Shown in pieces: positions 30,400 to 39,853 of a DNA stretch of 64,000 nucleotides. How positions within the stretch are numbered: position 1 is the first letter of the stretch; every line of letters begins with the position of its first letter. The stretch is from positions 32,001 through 96,000 of the forward strand of contig CAYZJA010000002.1 of NCBI GenBank assembly GCA_964479005.1. The letters run 5' to 3'. The notes under the pieces are model-generated. The model was given only the letters and a program-made list of their open reading frames with translations. It had not been told where the DNA came from and did no database searches. This DNA is from an uncultured Candidatus Saccharibacteria bacterium (GTDB lineage: Bacteria; Patescibacteriota; Minisyncoccia; UBA6257). Position numbers and translations under genes: made by a program.

Positions 30400-30735
30400 A
30401 TGCTTAAAAAGAAAAACAGAATTACATCTTCTGTTGCTTTTAAAGAGATTTTTACTAAAGGTAATGTAAAAGAAAACGAGTGTTTTAAAATTATCTTCAA
30501 AAAGAGTGATTTAGACTATCCGAGGTATGGAATTATTGTTAAGGCTCAAAATAGTAAGTCAGCTGTACAAAGGAATGCTTTAAAAAGAAGAATTAGAGAT
30601 ATACTTAGAAATTCTTTGTTGGTTTTTCCAAAAGGATTTGATGTTGTGATTGTTACGAAGAGAAATTGTTTAAATATGAATTTCTCAAAGCTGAAAGAAT
30701 CTCTTGGTGAATTATTATTAAAACTATTTAAATAA
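30400..30735 (+). CDS. rnpA: Ribonuclease P protein component
   Basis: 111 aa basic protein in the canonical rpmH-rnpA-yidC-jag arrangement. Confidence 0.8.
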   Translation: MLKKKNRITSSVAFKEIFTKGNVKENECFKIIFKKSDLDYPRYGIIVKAQNSKSAVQRNALKRRIRDILRNSLLVFPKGFDVVIVTKRNCLNMNFSKLKESLGELLLKLFK

Positions 30736-30741
30736 ATTATT

Positions 30742-31434
30742 ATGAATGTTTTTGAATTATTGATTTTTCAACCGCTATATAATCTTTTAGCCTTACTCTC
30801 CAATCTAACAATGGGTGATTTAGGGTGGGCTGTTTTAATTTTGGCGGCAATAATTCGTTTTATTATTTGGCCTTGGTATAAAAAAGCCATGGGGGATCAA
30901 AGAAAAATGGCAAAATTACAGCCGAAAATTAAAGAAATTCAAAAGAAGTTTAAGAAGGAACCAATAAAGGCCAATCAGGAAGTAATGAAAATTTTTAAGG
31001 AAGAAAAAATCAATCCTGGCAATTCTTTCTTTTTTATCATTTTCCAATTGGCTATTTTTATTTCCCTTTATATATTTTTTAGGCAAGCCATAGTCAATGA
31101 TTGGGCTCCTTATCTTTATAGCTTTGTTAAATTGCCAGAACAAATAAATTATTTATTCCTTGGCATTATTGATCTTAAAGCTCCAAGCCTTGCTCTCGCG
31201 ATTATTTCAGCTTGCTTGAACTCCTTTTTGACTTTTATCCAACCAAGTTCAGGCCAGAACAAAGCAATGTTACTTGGCTTCCCTTTTATAATTTTATTTT
31301 TCTACCAGAGATTTCCCGCGATTGTTATTTTGTATTGGATAGGATTTACTTTAGTAAATCTTTTGCAGGAATATATGACTAAGAAAGAAACCATTCTCCC
31401 AAATCAAGCATCGGAAGTAAAGGCTATCAGTTAA
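30742..31434 (+). CDS. yidC: Membrane protein insertase YidC (short form)
   Basis: 230 aa polytopic membrane protein. The assignment rests on synteny with rnpA/jag plus YidC/Oxa1-like TM topology. Confidence 0.75.
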   Translation: MNVFELLIFQPLYNLLALLSNLTMGDLGWAVLILAAIIRFIIWPWYKKAMGDQRKMAKLQPKIKEIQKKFKKEPIKANQEVMKIFKEEKINPGNSFFFIIFQLAIFISLYIFFRQAIVNDWAPYLYSFVKLPEQINYLFLGIIDLKAPSLALAIISACLNSFLTFIQPSSGQNKAMLLGFPFIILFFYQRFPAIVILYWIGFTLVNLLQEYMTKKETILPNQASEVKAIS

Positions 31435-31508
31435 TTTTGAGCAAAGCCACGTTTAACGTGGCAAAGTGAGAAACAAGGTTCTGTGAACAAAGTAAACAGG
31501 TTCTTATT

Positions 31509-31982
31509 ATGGAAACATTAAAGGTAAAATCTTTTTTAGAAGAATTGCTTACAATTGTTGGTTTTGTAAATTTTGAGATTAGTACACAAGAAAGTCCCCA
31601 GGACAAACTTGTTCAGTTTTCAATTAAAACTGATTCAGAAATTAATTATAGTGGTCTTTTGATAGGACGTGATGGAGAAAACCTGCAAGCATTAGAATAT
31701 TTATTAAATATCTTTTCAAAAAAATACTCCAATGATTATCCTTGGAGAATTATTTTAGATATTAATAATTATCGGGCAATACAGGAAGAAAAATTAAGAG
31801 AATTTGCTAAAAAAGCGGCTCGTCACGTATCTTTATCAAAAAAAGAAATAGAATTACCGCCCATGAGGGCGCGAGATAGAAGAATTATCCATTTAGAGAT
31901 TGCTTTAAGAAGTGATGTATTCACAGAAAGTGTTGGGGAAAGGAAAGAGAGGCATATTATAATAAAACCGCAAGAAAAATAG
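31509..31982 (+). CDS. jag: Jag/KhpB-like RNA-binding protein (KH + R3H domains)
   Basis: 157 aa with a KH-like GRDGENLQALEYLLN segment and an R3H motif (RARDRRIIHLEIA). Confidence 0.8.
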   Translation: METLKVKSFLEELLTIVGFVNFEISTQESPQDKLVQFSIKTDSEINYSGLLIGRDGENLQALEYLLNIFSKKYSNDYPWRIILDINNYRAIQEEKLREFAKKAARHVSLSKKEIELPPMRARDRRIIHLEIALRSDVFTESVGERKERHIIIKPQEK

Positions 31983-32000
31983 ATTTTCTAATATTTGATT

Positions 32001-32714
32001 TTAAGTAGCACCATACCAGCATCCTTCAGTAATACAATAATCACTGCCTGGATATGAACCATATCCAGTTGCTTCCATTAAAGATACATGGAGATGATTT
32101 CCCTCATCTAATACTGCCAATCCAGCTTTATTAAATTCTGCTATTATTTTTTTATTATCTTCAGAACTATTTGAAACTGAATCTATATCTACACAAGTGC
32201 CATCAAGATGACAATCATCGGCTCTCCTTGGCGTATAACTTGTACTATTGCATTCAGCGTCAATACAGGCATCATTTACCCACCACTTCGGATTTATATC
32301 TTTTAATAGAAGTAATTTATTTGCTAACGTGGAATCTAAATAAGCTTCTGATTGACCAAATGTATTATCATTTATTGGAATCCCCATATCTCTTATATTA
32401 ACTAAATTTTTTGATATAGCCTGATCTTCTGTAGTAACTTCTAGGGTAACTTCTGATGAGGGCAGGGTTATTGTATCAGAAGAACCTTTTAGAATATCAG
32501 GATTGATAGTATAAAGAATAATATAAAAAGCAAACAATAAAAGAAGTCCAATAATGGCGCCTGTGATTCTTTCTTGGGCGTCTTTTTGTTGGGCAGTATT
32601 ACCTCCAGAAGTAAGGTATTGAAAACCAGCATAAACAATCATGGCAAAAGCTAAAATTCCAGCGAGGCGAAAAGCCCACCAAATAAAAGTCTCGATTAAG
32701 CTTATTGGAGTCAT
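32001..32714 (-). CDS. T4SS pilin-like (VirB2-analog, two TM helices) protein fused to a C-terminal Cys-rich domain with HxD / HxH metallopeptidase-like motifs
   Basis: 237 aa. The N-terminus (AGILAFAMIVYAGFQYLTSGGNTAQQKDAQERITGAIIGLLLLFAFYII) fits the Gram-positive/CPR T4SS pilin pattern. The C-terminal ~140 aa contain CHLDGTC and NHLHVS. A LAS-type fold is a guess. Confidence 0.5.
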   Translation of the reverse strand: MTPISLIETFIWWAFRLAGILAFAMIVYAGFQYLTSGGNTAQQKDAQERITGAIIGLLLLFAFYIILYTINPDILKGSSDTITLPSSEVTLEVTTEDQAISKNLVNIRDMGIPINDNTFGQSEAYLDSTLANKLLLLKDINPKWWVNDACIDAECNSTSYTPRRADDCHLDGTCVDIDSVSNSSEDNKKIIAEFNKAGLAVLDEGNHLHVSLMEATGYGSYPGSDYCITEGCWYGAT

Positions 32715-32723
32715 AAGTTTTTA

Positions 32724-33419
32724 TTAAAATTGAGTAACATCGCCAGGATTAACTAGTCCAGGAATTCCTATTTCCCATTGGTAAGATTCAAAAATAGGAT
32801 ATTCAATTGACTGTATGTTTGGTGGAGCTGGTGGTTCTGGCAATGTTTGCAGAAATGTCTGCAGAATTTCATTTAAAATTATTGGGCATATTTGGGTAAT
32901 AAGAATAGCCATTGAGGTGCCAACTGTTGTGCCAAAAACCATTATATTTGCAGTTGCATCTGAAAGTGATTTACAGATATGCTCAATATCTACATGTTTA
33001 AGTAATAAATCTAAAATCCAACTTTTGACAAGTCCTGAAATATCATTATTTCCGTTTATTGCGCTTATAACCAATAATTTTAAGTCTTCTGGAATTACTT
33101 CATTATTCTGTATGATATTTATGAGTTCGTCTTTAACAGTATCTGTAATGTTCCCGTCATTTTGTATTGAGTTTATGAGATATGGTTTTAAATCTTCTGG
33201 AATCTCTTGACTGTTCTGTATTATGTTTATAAGTTCATTTTGAGTAAGTTCTGCTAATTCTGCGCCATCATTAAGGTTTGTTATTGTATCTAAGACCCCT
33301 TGTGGATCCAAAAAAGCCTGAGTTTGTATTGGGACTAAAAATAAACCACCTAATCCCAAATTTAATATCAAAACAATTAATACTATAGCCTTTGTTTTTT
33401 TGAAGATATTTTTAAGCAT
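32724..33419 (-). CDS. Secreted protein with three internal ~25-aa repeats (ELINIIQN..IPEDLK)
   Basis: 231 aa with a signal peptide. Repeats are visible in the translation and the C-terminus is hydrophobic. Confidence 0.4.
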   Translation of the reverse strand: MLKNIFKKTKAIVLIVLILNLGLGGLFLVPIQTQAFLDPQGVLDTITNLNDGAELAELTQNELINIIQNSQEIPEDLKPYLINSIQNDGNITDTVKDELINIIQNNEVIPEDLKLLVISAINGNNDISGLVKSWILDLLLKHVDIEHICKSLSDATANIMVFGTTVGTSMAILITQICPIILNEILQTFLQTLPEPPAPPNIQSIEYPIFESYQWEIGIPGLVNPGDVTQF

Positions 33420-33441
33420 ATTATTTTTTATTTAAAAATGA

Positions 33442-33810
33442 TTAGACTTTTTTTGGCGATGTTGCAGACGTAAGTTTAGTTACAGACGCAAGCTTAGCTG
33501 TTTTTTTTATTGCTTTTTTAACAGGTGCTGGTGATTTTTGGAGTGCATAGACAAGTATAACAGTTAAAGTGGCAATGGGCAAAATACTGGCAAATGGTAT
33601 AAGATCTAATGCTTGACCAATAAAAATCCATGTACCTCTTATTCCGCTGATAAGTGTAATAACAAAGATATAAATGACGAGAGGCAGGACAATAACCCAA
33701 ACAAAGAGGTTAATTCCAGGAATAAATCCCAAAAAGATTTCTATAACATCTTTAATAATGGATGTTATAAGCAAGAATAAAAATATTGTTAAGCTCATTT
33801 TATTTTTCAT
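33442..33810 (-). CDS. Small polytopic membrane protein (T4SS-cluster associated)
   Basis: 122 aa with 3-4 TM helices and a K-rich C-terminus. Confidence 0.4.
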   Translation of the reverse strand: MKNKMSLTIFLFLLITSIIKDVIEIFLGFIPGINLFVWVIVLPLVIYIFVITLISGIRGTWIFIGQALDLIPFASILPIATLTVILVYALQKSPAPVKKAIKKTAKLASVTKLTSATSPKKV

Positions 33811-33820
33811 AGAATAATAT

Positions 33821-35611
33821 TTATTCTTTTTTGAACTCCTCTTTAGCTTTCCTAATATCTATAAGTTGAGCTGGGTTTGAGGTAATAATTTGGTCTTCAG
33901 CATAAGAAGCGATAATCTGAATGGCAGCATGTTTGTCTTCTGCAAAAAAGAGACCTGTGCCAACAGAAGCTTGCAAAAGGATGGTTTTTTCTTGTTCTGT
34001 AAGATTTAAGGCTTTGCCTATGATATCAATATTCGCAGGCGACTGTCTTAGTAAAAGGGCTAAAGCAGAGTTGGTAATTAATGGTTTTCCATAAGGTGAT
34101 TTTAAAGCGTCTTCTATGTCCTGTGTAATAAAGGTTACTCCCATATAATACTTTCGCGCTCTTTTAACTAAACCAAAAAGAAAAGACGCGCTTTCTTCGT
34201 GGCGTAACAACCACCATCCTTCATCAATTATTACAACCCTTTTTCTTAAATCCTTTTTTATCATTGTCCATATGTAATTTAATACTACATACATGGCAAT
34301 AGGCCTAAGTTCTTCTTCTAATTCTCTTACGCCAAAGATAACTAAACGATTGTTAATATTAATATTCGATGGTTGATTAAGGAAGCCAGCATAGCTTCCT
34401 TTGGTGAATTTATAAAGTTTTGCAGCTAAATCTTCGCCTCCCTCGGTATTTTTAAGAACATTCTCTAGATCTTCCATTAATGGCAGATTTTTTTTCTCAA
34501 CCATATTTTCAGGAAAAATATCCCGACTTGCGTATGTTTGTACAATGGCTCTATCTAGCATAAGTTCTTCCTGAGGAGAAAGACCTTTAAGCATTAACTT
34601 AATTAGGCCAATAAGATTTAAAATATGGTTGCGAAAAACTTCTTCGCCAGTTTCCTCTTTTTTTACTGTAGGAAGTTCAAATGGATTAATATTATCATCA
34701 GAAGCAACAGATATTTTAAAGTAGCTTCCGCCAATTGAATCAGCCAAGTATTCATACTCATTTTCCGGATCAATAATCAATACATTAGTTCCTAGTAATA
34801 ATGAACGAAGGATTTCTAATTTTATAGCATAACTTTTTCCTGCGCCAGCTTGGGCAAAAACTATCATATTTGCGTTTGGTAGAACAAAGCGGTCAAAAAT
34901 AATCAAGCTATTATTATGCAGATTAACGCCATAAAGGATTCCTTTGTTTTCTGAAAGGTCTAAAGAAGAAAAAGGGAAAAGGGTTGAAGCCGGCTGTGAA
35001 TTTAAGGGAGTAGTTAATAATAATCTATCTATTCCCAATGGTAAGGAAGATTCCATTCCTTCGAATTCTCTAAAGACAGTTGGTTTTGCGTAAATTAACT
35101 GCTGCTCTAATACATTTTTGATTTTACTTTCTATTTTTATAAGTTCCTCCTTGTCATTGGCAAAAAAAGTGATATAAACACCTACTTCAAAAAGTTTTTC
35201 ACTACCTTGTTGGATAGTATCTCTTAGTTTTTCAATATTATTTAAAGCAGCTTCTAATAAGGGGTTACGAACTAATCCTCTATCTGCTTCAATGCTTAAT
35301 TGAGCTTGAATTTCTGCAGATTTTTTTCTTAAATTTCTTAAAACCTTATTAATATTAAGAGGGTGGAAAAAGATTGAAATATTAAAAGATTCATCCAAAT
35401 TAATAATTGAGGAAAACCAATTAGAGGCTAAATAATTTGGATAAGTTAGGATAAAAAGAGTTGAACAATATTTATTTCCTAATTTGAGAAAGTTAGTATT
35501 AATTTCTAATCCAGCAGGGGAAATTAAGTCCTGAAGAGTAGAAACAGCCTGGGATTGCGCTACCACTTGCGGGTTTTTAGGTTTTCTTTTAAATAAGTTT
35601 GGAAAACGCAT
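33821..35611 (-). CDS. VirB4/TrbE/CagE-family conjugal-transfer-type ATPase (C-terminal ATPase portion)
   Basis: 596 aa with Walker A (AQAGAGKS) and Walker B (VVIIDEGWW). It is followed in the cluster by PrgI-like and VirB6-like proteins. Confidence 0.75.
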   Translation of the reverse strand: MRFPNLFKRKPKNPQVVAQSQAVSTLQDLISPAGLEINTNFLKLGNKYCSTLFILTYPNYLASNWFSSIINLDESFNISIFFHPLNINKVLRNLRKKSAEIQAQLSIEADRGLVRNPLLEAALNNIEKLRDTIQQGSEKLFEVGVYITFFANDKEELIKIESKIKNVLEQQLIYAKPTVFREFEGMESSLPLGIDRLLLTTPLNSQPASTLFPFSSLDLSENKGILYGVNLHNNSLIIFDRFVLPNANMIVFAQAGAGKSYAIKLEILRSLLLGTNVLIIDPENEYEYLADSIGGSYFKISVASDDNINPFELPTVKKEETGEEVFRNHILNLIGLIKLMLKGLSPQEELMLDRAIVQTYASRDIFPENMVEKKNLPLMEDLENVLKNTEGGEDLAAKLYKFTKGSYAGFLNQPSNININNRLVIFGVRELEEELRPIAMYVVLNYIWTMIKKDLRKRVVIIDEGWWLLRHEESASFLFGLVKRARKYYMGVTFITQDIEDALKSPYGKPLITNSALALLLRQSPANIDIIGKALNLTEQEKTILLQASVGTGLFFAEDKHAAIQIIASYAEDQIITSNPAQLIDIRKAKEEFKKE

Positions 35612-35614
35612 ATT

Positions 35615-36295
35615 TTATTTATTAAATTCTTCTGGAATATTTATGGATTCTCTTTCAAAAGCTTCTGGGTTGTATGAATTGAAAAATAATTCAATCAGTT
35701 CTTTAGTAGTTAATGGTCGTGATTGTAATCCCATTCTAGTTAAATTCGTAATGATATTATTTTGTCTGATTATTAATTGTTGATAATGCTGACGAAAGCT
35801 TTCATCAGAAAGAGGGATTGTGGCGGAAAATGCCTGGTGCCTTAAATTAAGCAATGTTTTATAAGCTTCTAATATTTGGCTTAACGCGGTCTTTGGTTTA
35901 ATCATAATGGGGTCATAGGGCACTATTACATAGAATTTCTTTTTCATAATATTGTTTCCAGTAACAAGTCCTTTAATGAATGTATAATAATCCTCTCCTT
36001 GCAGTTTAAGCAGATTATTTGTTTCTTGACCAATCTTTTCCTGAAGAAAATTTAAATATGATTCAATATTAACGCGCCTAGAATGAGCTACAACTTGCAA
36101 TGGAAAATCTAAGTTATTTATAAGATTACGCCAGCTCATTAACACGGAAGATTGTTCTTCTTCTGATTTTAAATCAAAATTTATACCTGATACTTCTAAA
36201 ACCGAACGGAGCGAACCGTTTTTAAGAATAACTACCCCTTTTCTAATTTGTTGAAGGGAAATGAGTGACTGGCTACTGAAAGTTTCTTTAGGCAT
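35615..36295 (-). CDS. Hypothetical protein, likely the detached N-terminal domain of VirB4
   Basis: 226 aa ending 3 nt before the ATPase ORF start and in the same frame (TAA-AAT-ATG). The combined length of 822 aa is about that of a full VirB4. Confidence 0.45.
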   Translation of the reverse strand: MPKETFSSQSLISLQQIRKGVVILKNGSLRSVLEVSGINFDLKSEEEQSSVLMSWRNLINNLDFPLQVVAHSRRVNIESYLNFLQEKIGQETNNLLKLQGEDYYTFIKGLVTGNNIMKKKFYVIVPYDPIMIKPKTALSQILEAYKTLLNLRHQAFSATIPLSDESFRQHYQQLIIRQNNIITNLTRMGLQSRPLTTKELIELFFNSYNPEAFERESINIPEEFNK

Positions 36296-36712
36296 CTATT
36301 TATCTAATATATCGGTTAATTGTTTAAGTGTTTTTTTGTCCAATTGTTTTTTAATCTGTGTTTTTACTGTGGGTTTAGGCTTTTGAGAAACAGAATAAGA
36401 TACTTTCGAAAAAGTTTTTTCTTTTTTCCATAGATAGTATTTTGGAAGCCAAAAATGTCTGATTGCGGCAATGGCGAGTGTATAAATAGGAACACTATGG
36501 ATTTTCCCAAATGCGAGAGAAAAACCGACTGGAGCGAGAATCATTGCTAAAATTAACCAAAGCCATGGTTTTAAAACAGAAAAAAGTAAAAGGAGGAGTC
36601 CTCCAAAAGATAATAAAATCCATAATTGGGTAAAGGTAATCCAACCCATTAATTTTGTTTCCTCTTTTATAAATTGAGGCACTTGATAAGTCATATTTTT
36701 AAGCTTTACCAA
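36296..36712 (-). CDS. PrgI-family / VirB3-like small membrane protein
   Basis: 138 aa with two TM helices, positioned immediately upstream of the VirB4 homolog as in Gram-positive T4SS loci. Confidence 0.55.
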   Translation of the reverse strand: MVKLKNMTYQVPQFIKEETKLMGWITFTQLWILLSFGGLLLLLFSVLKPWLWLILAMILAPVGFSLAFGKIHSVPIYTLAIAAIRHFWLPKYYLWKKEKTFSKVSYSVSQKPKPTVKTQIKKQLDKKTLKQLTDILDK

Positions 36713-37589
36713 AAGGACTTTTTTTCTGATATTTTTTATAAGGAATAGGCTTTTGGATAGTAGGCGTTTCTTCTTTTTTTTCTTTTTCCTTTTTTAATTT
36801 AACGTCAAGGATATATGGTTTTTCTTTTTTAGTTTTCACAAAAACTTCTTCATCCTCAAATTCTTTTCCTTCACCGCTTAAAATTTTAGAGGGCGTTAAT
36901 TCTCCTATTCTTTTCTTTTCTAATATTTCCTTTTCTTCTCTTTTTGCTTCTTTGGGCGATGGGGGTTTTAAAGAGACTTTTTTCATTTCTTCAACAATCT
37001 TCGGTTGGACGGGTTTTCTCTGCATTGCCGCCAATAGCTTTGCTCTGATTTTTTCTTGTTGTTCTGAAGAAATTTTTGGAGCAACAACTTTTTTTAATTC
37101 CTCTATTTTACTAACTGGTTTTTCCACTTTTACTTCAGATGGTTCAGGCAAAGAATATTCAGGAATAATTGGTTCAGAAGGCATTTGTTCTGTAATGGTT
37201 TGTTCAATTTTTTCTTTCGTAATAGGCTTTATCTTTGAGGGCTTTTGCGGAATTCTTTGCTCTAAAGGTTGAGGTTTGTATTGGTTCAATTCTTTCTCAA
37301 ATATTTTAAAGATTTTTCCTTCAATTACTTTGTTAACAATTTGAGCTGCTACTGGAGAAATATTAATTCTTCTTTCTAATTCATTTTTGAATTGATCTTT
37401 AGATAATTGAAAAGATAAAATTTCTGTTATGATGTCCATAACACTAGAAAATTTTTCAGATGAAACTTTGCCCAAATTTAAAGCATCATCTATAATTGCC
37501 CCCATCTTGTCAGAGGCCAAAAAGTCCTGAATACGAAATGGAAGTTTATTGAATGATTTTAAGAATTTGTTTTTGTTCGTTTCTTCCAT
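36699..37589 (-). CDS. K/E/P-rich low-complexity hypothetical protein (T4SS-cluster associated)
   Basis: 296 aa with a structured N-terminal 100 aa followed by a KEP-rich tail. Confidence 0.4.
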   Translation of the reverse strand: MEETNKNKFLKSFNKLPFRIQDFLASDKMGAIIDDALNLGKVSSEKFSSVMDIITEILSFQLSKDQFKNELERRINISPVAAQIVNKVIEGKIFKIFEKELNQYKPQPLEQRIPQKPSKIKPITKEKIEQTITEQMPSEPIIPEYSLPEPSEVKVEKPVSKIEELKKVVAPKISSEQQEKIRAKLLAAMQRKPVQPKIVEEMKKVSLKPPSPKEAKREEKEILEKKRIGELTPSKILSGEGKEFEDEEVFVKTKKEKPYILDVKLKKEKEKKEETPTIQKPIPYKKYQKKSPFGKA

Positions 37590-37603
37590 ATTCCTCAGTA
37601 AGA

Positions 37604-39820
37604 TTAAAAAGGCAAAAATTCTGCCAAGAAACGATTTTTGTCGTATTTTCTTCTTTTGAGCTCTTGTTTAACAGTTTCTTCATTTCCGTGGATTTTGTCT
37701 TGGACAGATTTTACAAGTTTTTGTGCCCATTTTGTTTGTTTTTCAGTATCATTTGTTGACCTAAGCATAGCAGCAAAATTTCCAGCTGGAAGATTTTTAT
37801 CTAAAAGAGTATAGAAAAATCGATTGGTATGCTGTGGTCCTTTTTCTTCTAATCTTTCAAGAATGTTTTCCCAATTACCTAATTTTATATCATCAGGCGA
37901 AGATTTTAGCAGTTGTTCTGCTATAAGATTAGTGATAACACGATTTTTAGCTTCATCACGAGAGACTCCATGGAATCTTCGCTTCATCTGTTCTATTGCT
38001 TTGTCCATATCTTCAGGTTTTGTAAAGTATTTAGCATGAAGTTCTGGATGAATTTTTTTAATTCCTGAAACATTTAAATTAGGTTGATTTTTAGCTATTT
38101 CGATGAACTTGCTATCTTTTTTATAATCCAGTGATTCTTTTCCTATTAATGTGTTAACACCCAAAGCCATTCTTCCCCCATCTGTCTTATGTGCTTCCAT
38201 ATCAACTCTAATTTGATCTGGGCTTCTTCCTTTATAATCTTCTTCAATTTGTTTTAGTTCAGCTTCGCGAACTTTCCTAGGCTGCCTACCCATCCAAACC
38301 CCTATGTCATGTGTAGGCGCAAATTTGCTGTCTTCTAATTTTTTCTGAGCTTTTCTCCATGGTTCTGAGCTTACGGCTCCTTTTAATGCTTTATGACCAA
38401 GGAAGGCGCCAGCTACTGCTCCAGCCTTAGTAGTTTGTTTCATAACTAATTGAGATGCTGCTCCTCCGCTTTGGAGGGAGAAAATTAATCCTCCTACCAA
38501 AAACATAGAGAATAAAATCATTTGCACTATTGTTGAAGTTACAGAGTCTGCGCCGATTGATATTTGACTCATTCCACTCATTGCTATTATAGCAATATAC
38601 AGTATAAAACTAAAAATAACAGGAAAAAAACACCATTTTATAAATTGTTGCCACCACATTTTCCAATATTTTTCTGTATCTGGGAAAATCCAACAAGCAA
38701 AAACGATAGGGGATAAACCTAGAAGCATAATTAAAATGAATGCTCTGAAAATTATTGTCAAGAAAATAGCAAGCAAAGCAATAACAGCAAAACCTCCAAC
38801 CAATATCATTATAAAGCTGATTATGAAAAAGTTACCAAAACGTAGGCTATAACTCTCTACTTCCGTTGCTGCTGTTGTAGTTGCTGTACCAGTATCTCCA
38901 AGACCTAGAATTTTTGGCGTTTCATATTTATCCTCGCCAAATAAAACAGGAGGATCAAATGTTTTTGTATCCGCTGATTGTTGTTCTTGTTCAATATAAC
39001 TAAAACTTTCCATTATACGAGGGGCAAGGCTTTCATTTTTTTCTTGAGCAATGTTTAGAAAATATACTGAGAGATAATTAGAAGTATCTACTATGATTCC
39101 TGATATAACTAAACTGAAGTTTACTAACAAAGCAACAAGTATTAATTTCCAAAGGATTTGTTTCCAAGCATATTTTTTATAACCAAGAATAGTTGCGATA
39201 GCAATACCTATTAACCCTAAAACTAAAAGTGCGTTAACTAAATTGCGCATCATTTCCCATATTTGTATAACACCATCATTTGTAGCAAATCCGCCATAAG
39301 TTTTCGGATTTAACGCTTTTAATATCCAGCCTATTTCTAAATCTATTAATCCAGCAAACATTTTACCCAAACCTTCAAGTATGGCTTTTGTAGTAACACA
39401 CCACATGTCTGCAATCACTACTTTTATTTCGCATCCAAGCGCATCTAACCCCCAACCATACCTCGCTGCGCATTCCTGCATTCCCTCTTCAAAGTTCTTC
39501 TTACAAAGACCTTCTGGCCTTTCTTCTTGAAGTCTGGTTTTTATTGTCTGTGCTCCATGTCTTATCTCTGTTGTCCCAGGTTCAGGATTTGGAATACAAC
39601 ATTGCTCACTACCAAATCCAGGACAACTCAAAGAAGATTCAATGTAATCTTCTAAATCACTACATTTTGTTGTCTTTTTAACAACACATGTACCTCCTGC
39701 TTCTTCGCAGTCAGACCCAGCTCTTACTTGTGAAATATCAGTTTTTAAAACAGGGCTGATTAGTAATGTAAGAATAACTATGCTAAAAACCCCAATTTTT
39801 AATATATTTTTTGTTTTCAT
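37604..39820 (-). CDS. VirB6/TrbL-like polytopic membrane protein with N-terminal Cys-rich extracellular domain and C-terminal soluble domain
   Basis: 738 aa. A signal peptide is followed by a Cys-rich region with about 8 Cys, at least 6 TM helices in the middle and a soluble C-terminal 250 aa. Confidence 0.5.
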   Translation of the reverse strand: MKTKNILKIGVFSIVILTLLISPVLKTDISQVRAGSDCEEAGGTCVVKKTTKCSDLEDYIESSLSCPGFGSEQCCIPNPEPGTTEIRHGAQTIKTRLQEERPEGLCKKNFEEGMQECAARYGWGLDALGCEIKVVIADMWCVTTKAILEGLGKMFAGLIDLEIGWILKALNPKTYGGFATNDGVIQIWEMMRNLVNALLVLGLIGIAIATILGYKKYAWKQILWKLILVALLVNFSLVISGIIVDTSNYLSVYFLNIAQEKNESLAPRIMESFSYIEQEQQSADTKTFDPPVLFGEDKYETPKILGLGDTGTATTTAATEVESYSLRFGNFFIISFIMILVGGFAVIALLAIFLTIIFRAFILIMLLGLSPIVFACWIFPDTEKYWKMWWQQFIKWCFFPVIFSFILYIAIIAMSGMSQISIGADSVTSTIVQMILFSMFLVGGLIFSLQSGGAASQLVMKQTTKAGAVAGAFLGHKALKGAVSSEPWRKAQKKLEDSKFAPTHDIGVWMGRQPRKVREAELKQIEEDYKGRSPDQIRVDMEAHKTDGGRMALGVNTLIGKESLDYKKDSKFIEIAKNQPNLNVSGIKKIHPELHAKYFTKPEDMDKAIEQMKRRFHGVSRDEAKNRVITNLIAEQLLKSSPDDIKLGNWENILERLEEKGPQHTNRFFYTLLDKNLPAGNFAAMLRSTNDTEKQTKWAQKLVKSVQDKIHGNEETVKQELKRRKYDKNRFLAEFLPF

Positions 39821-39853
39821 AATATTAAATTAATGTTTAATATATTTTCTTTA

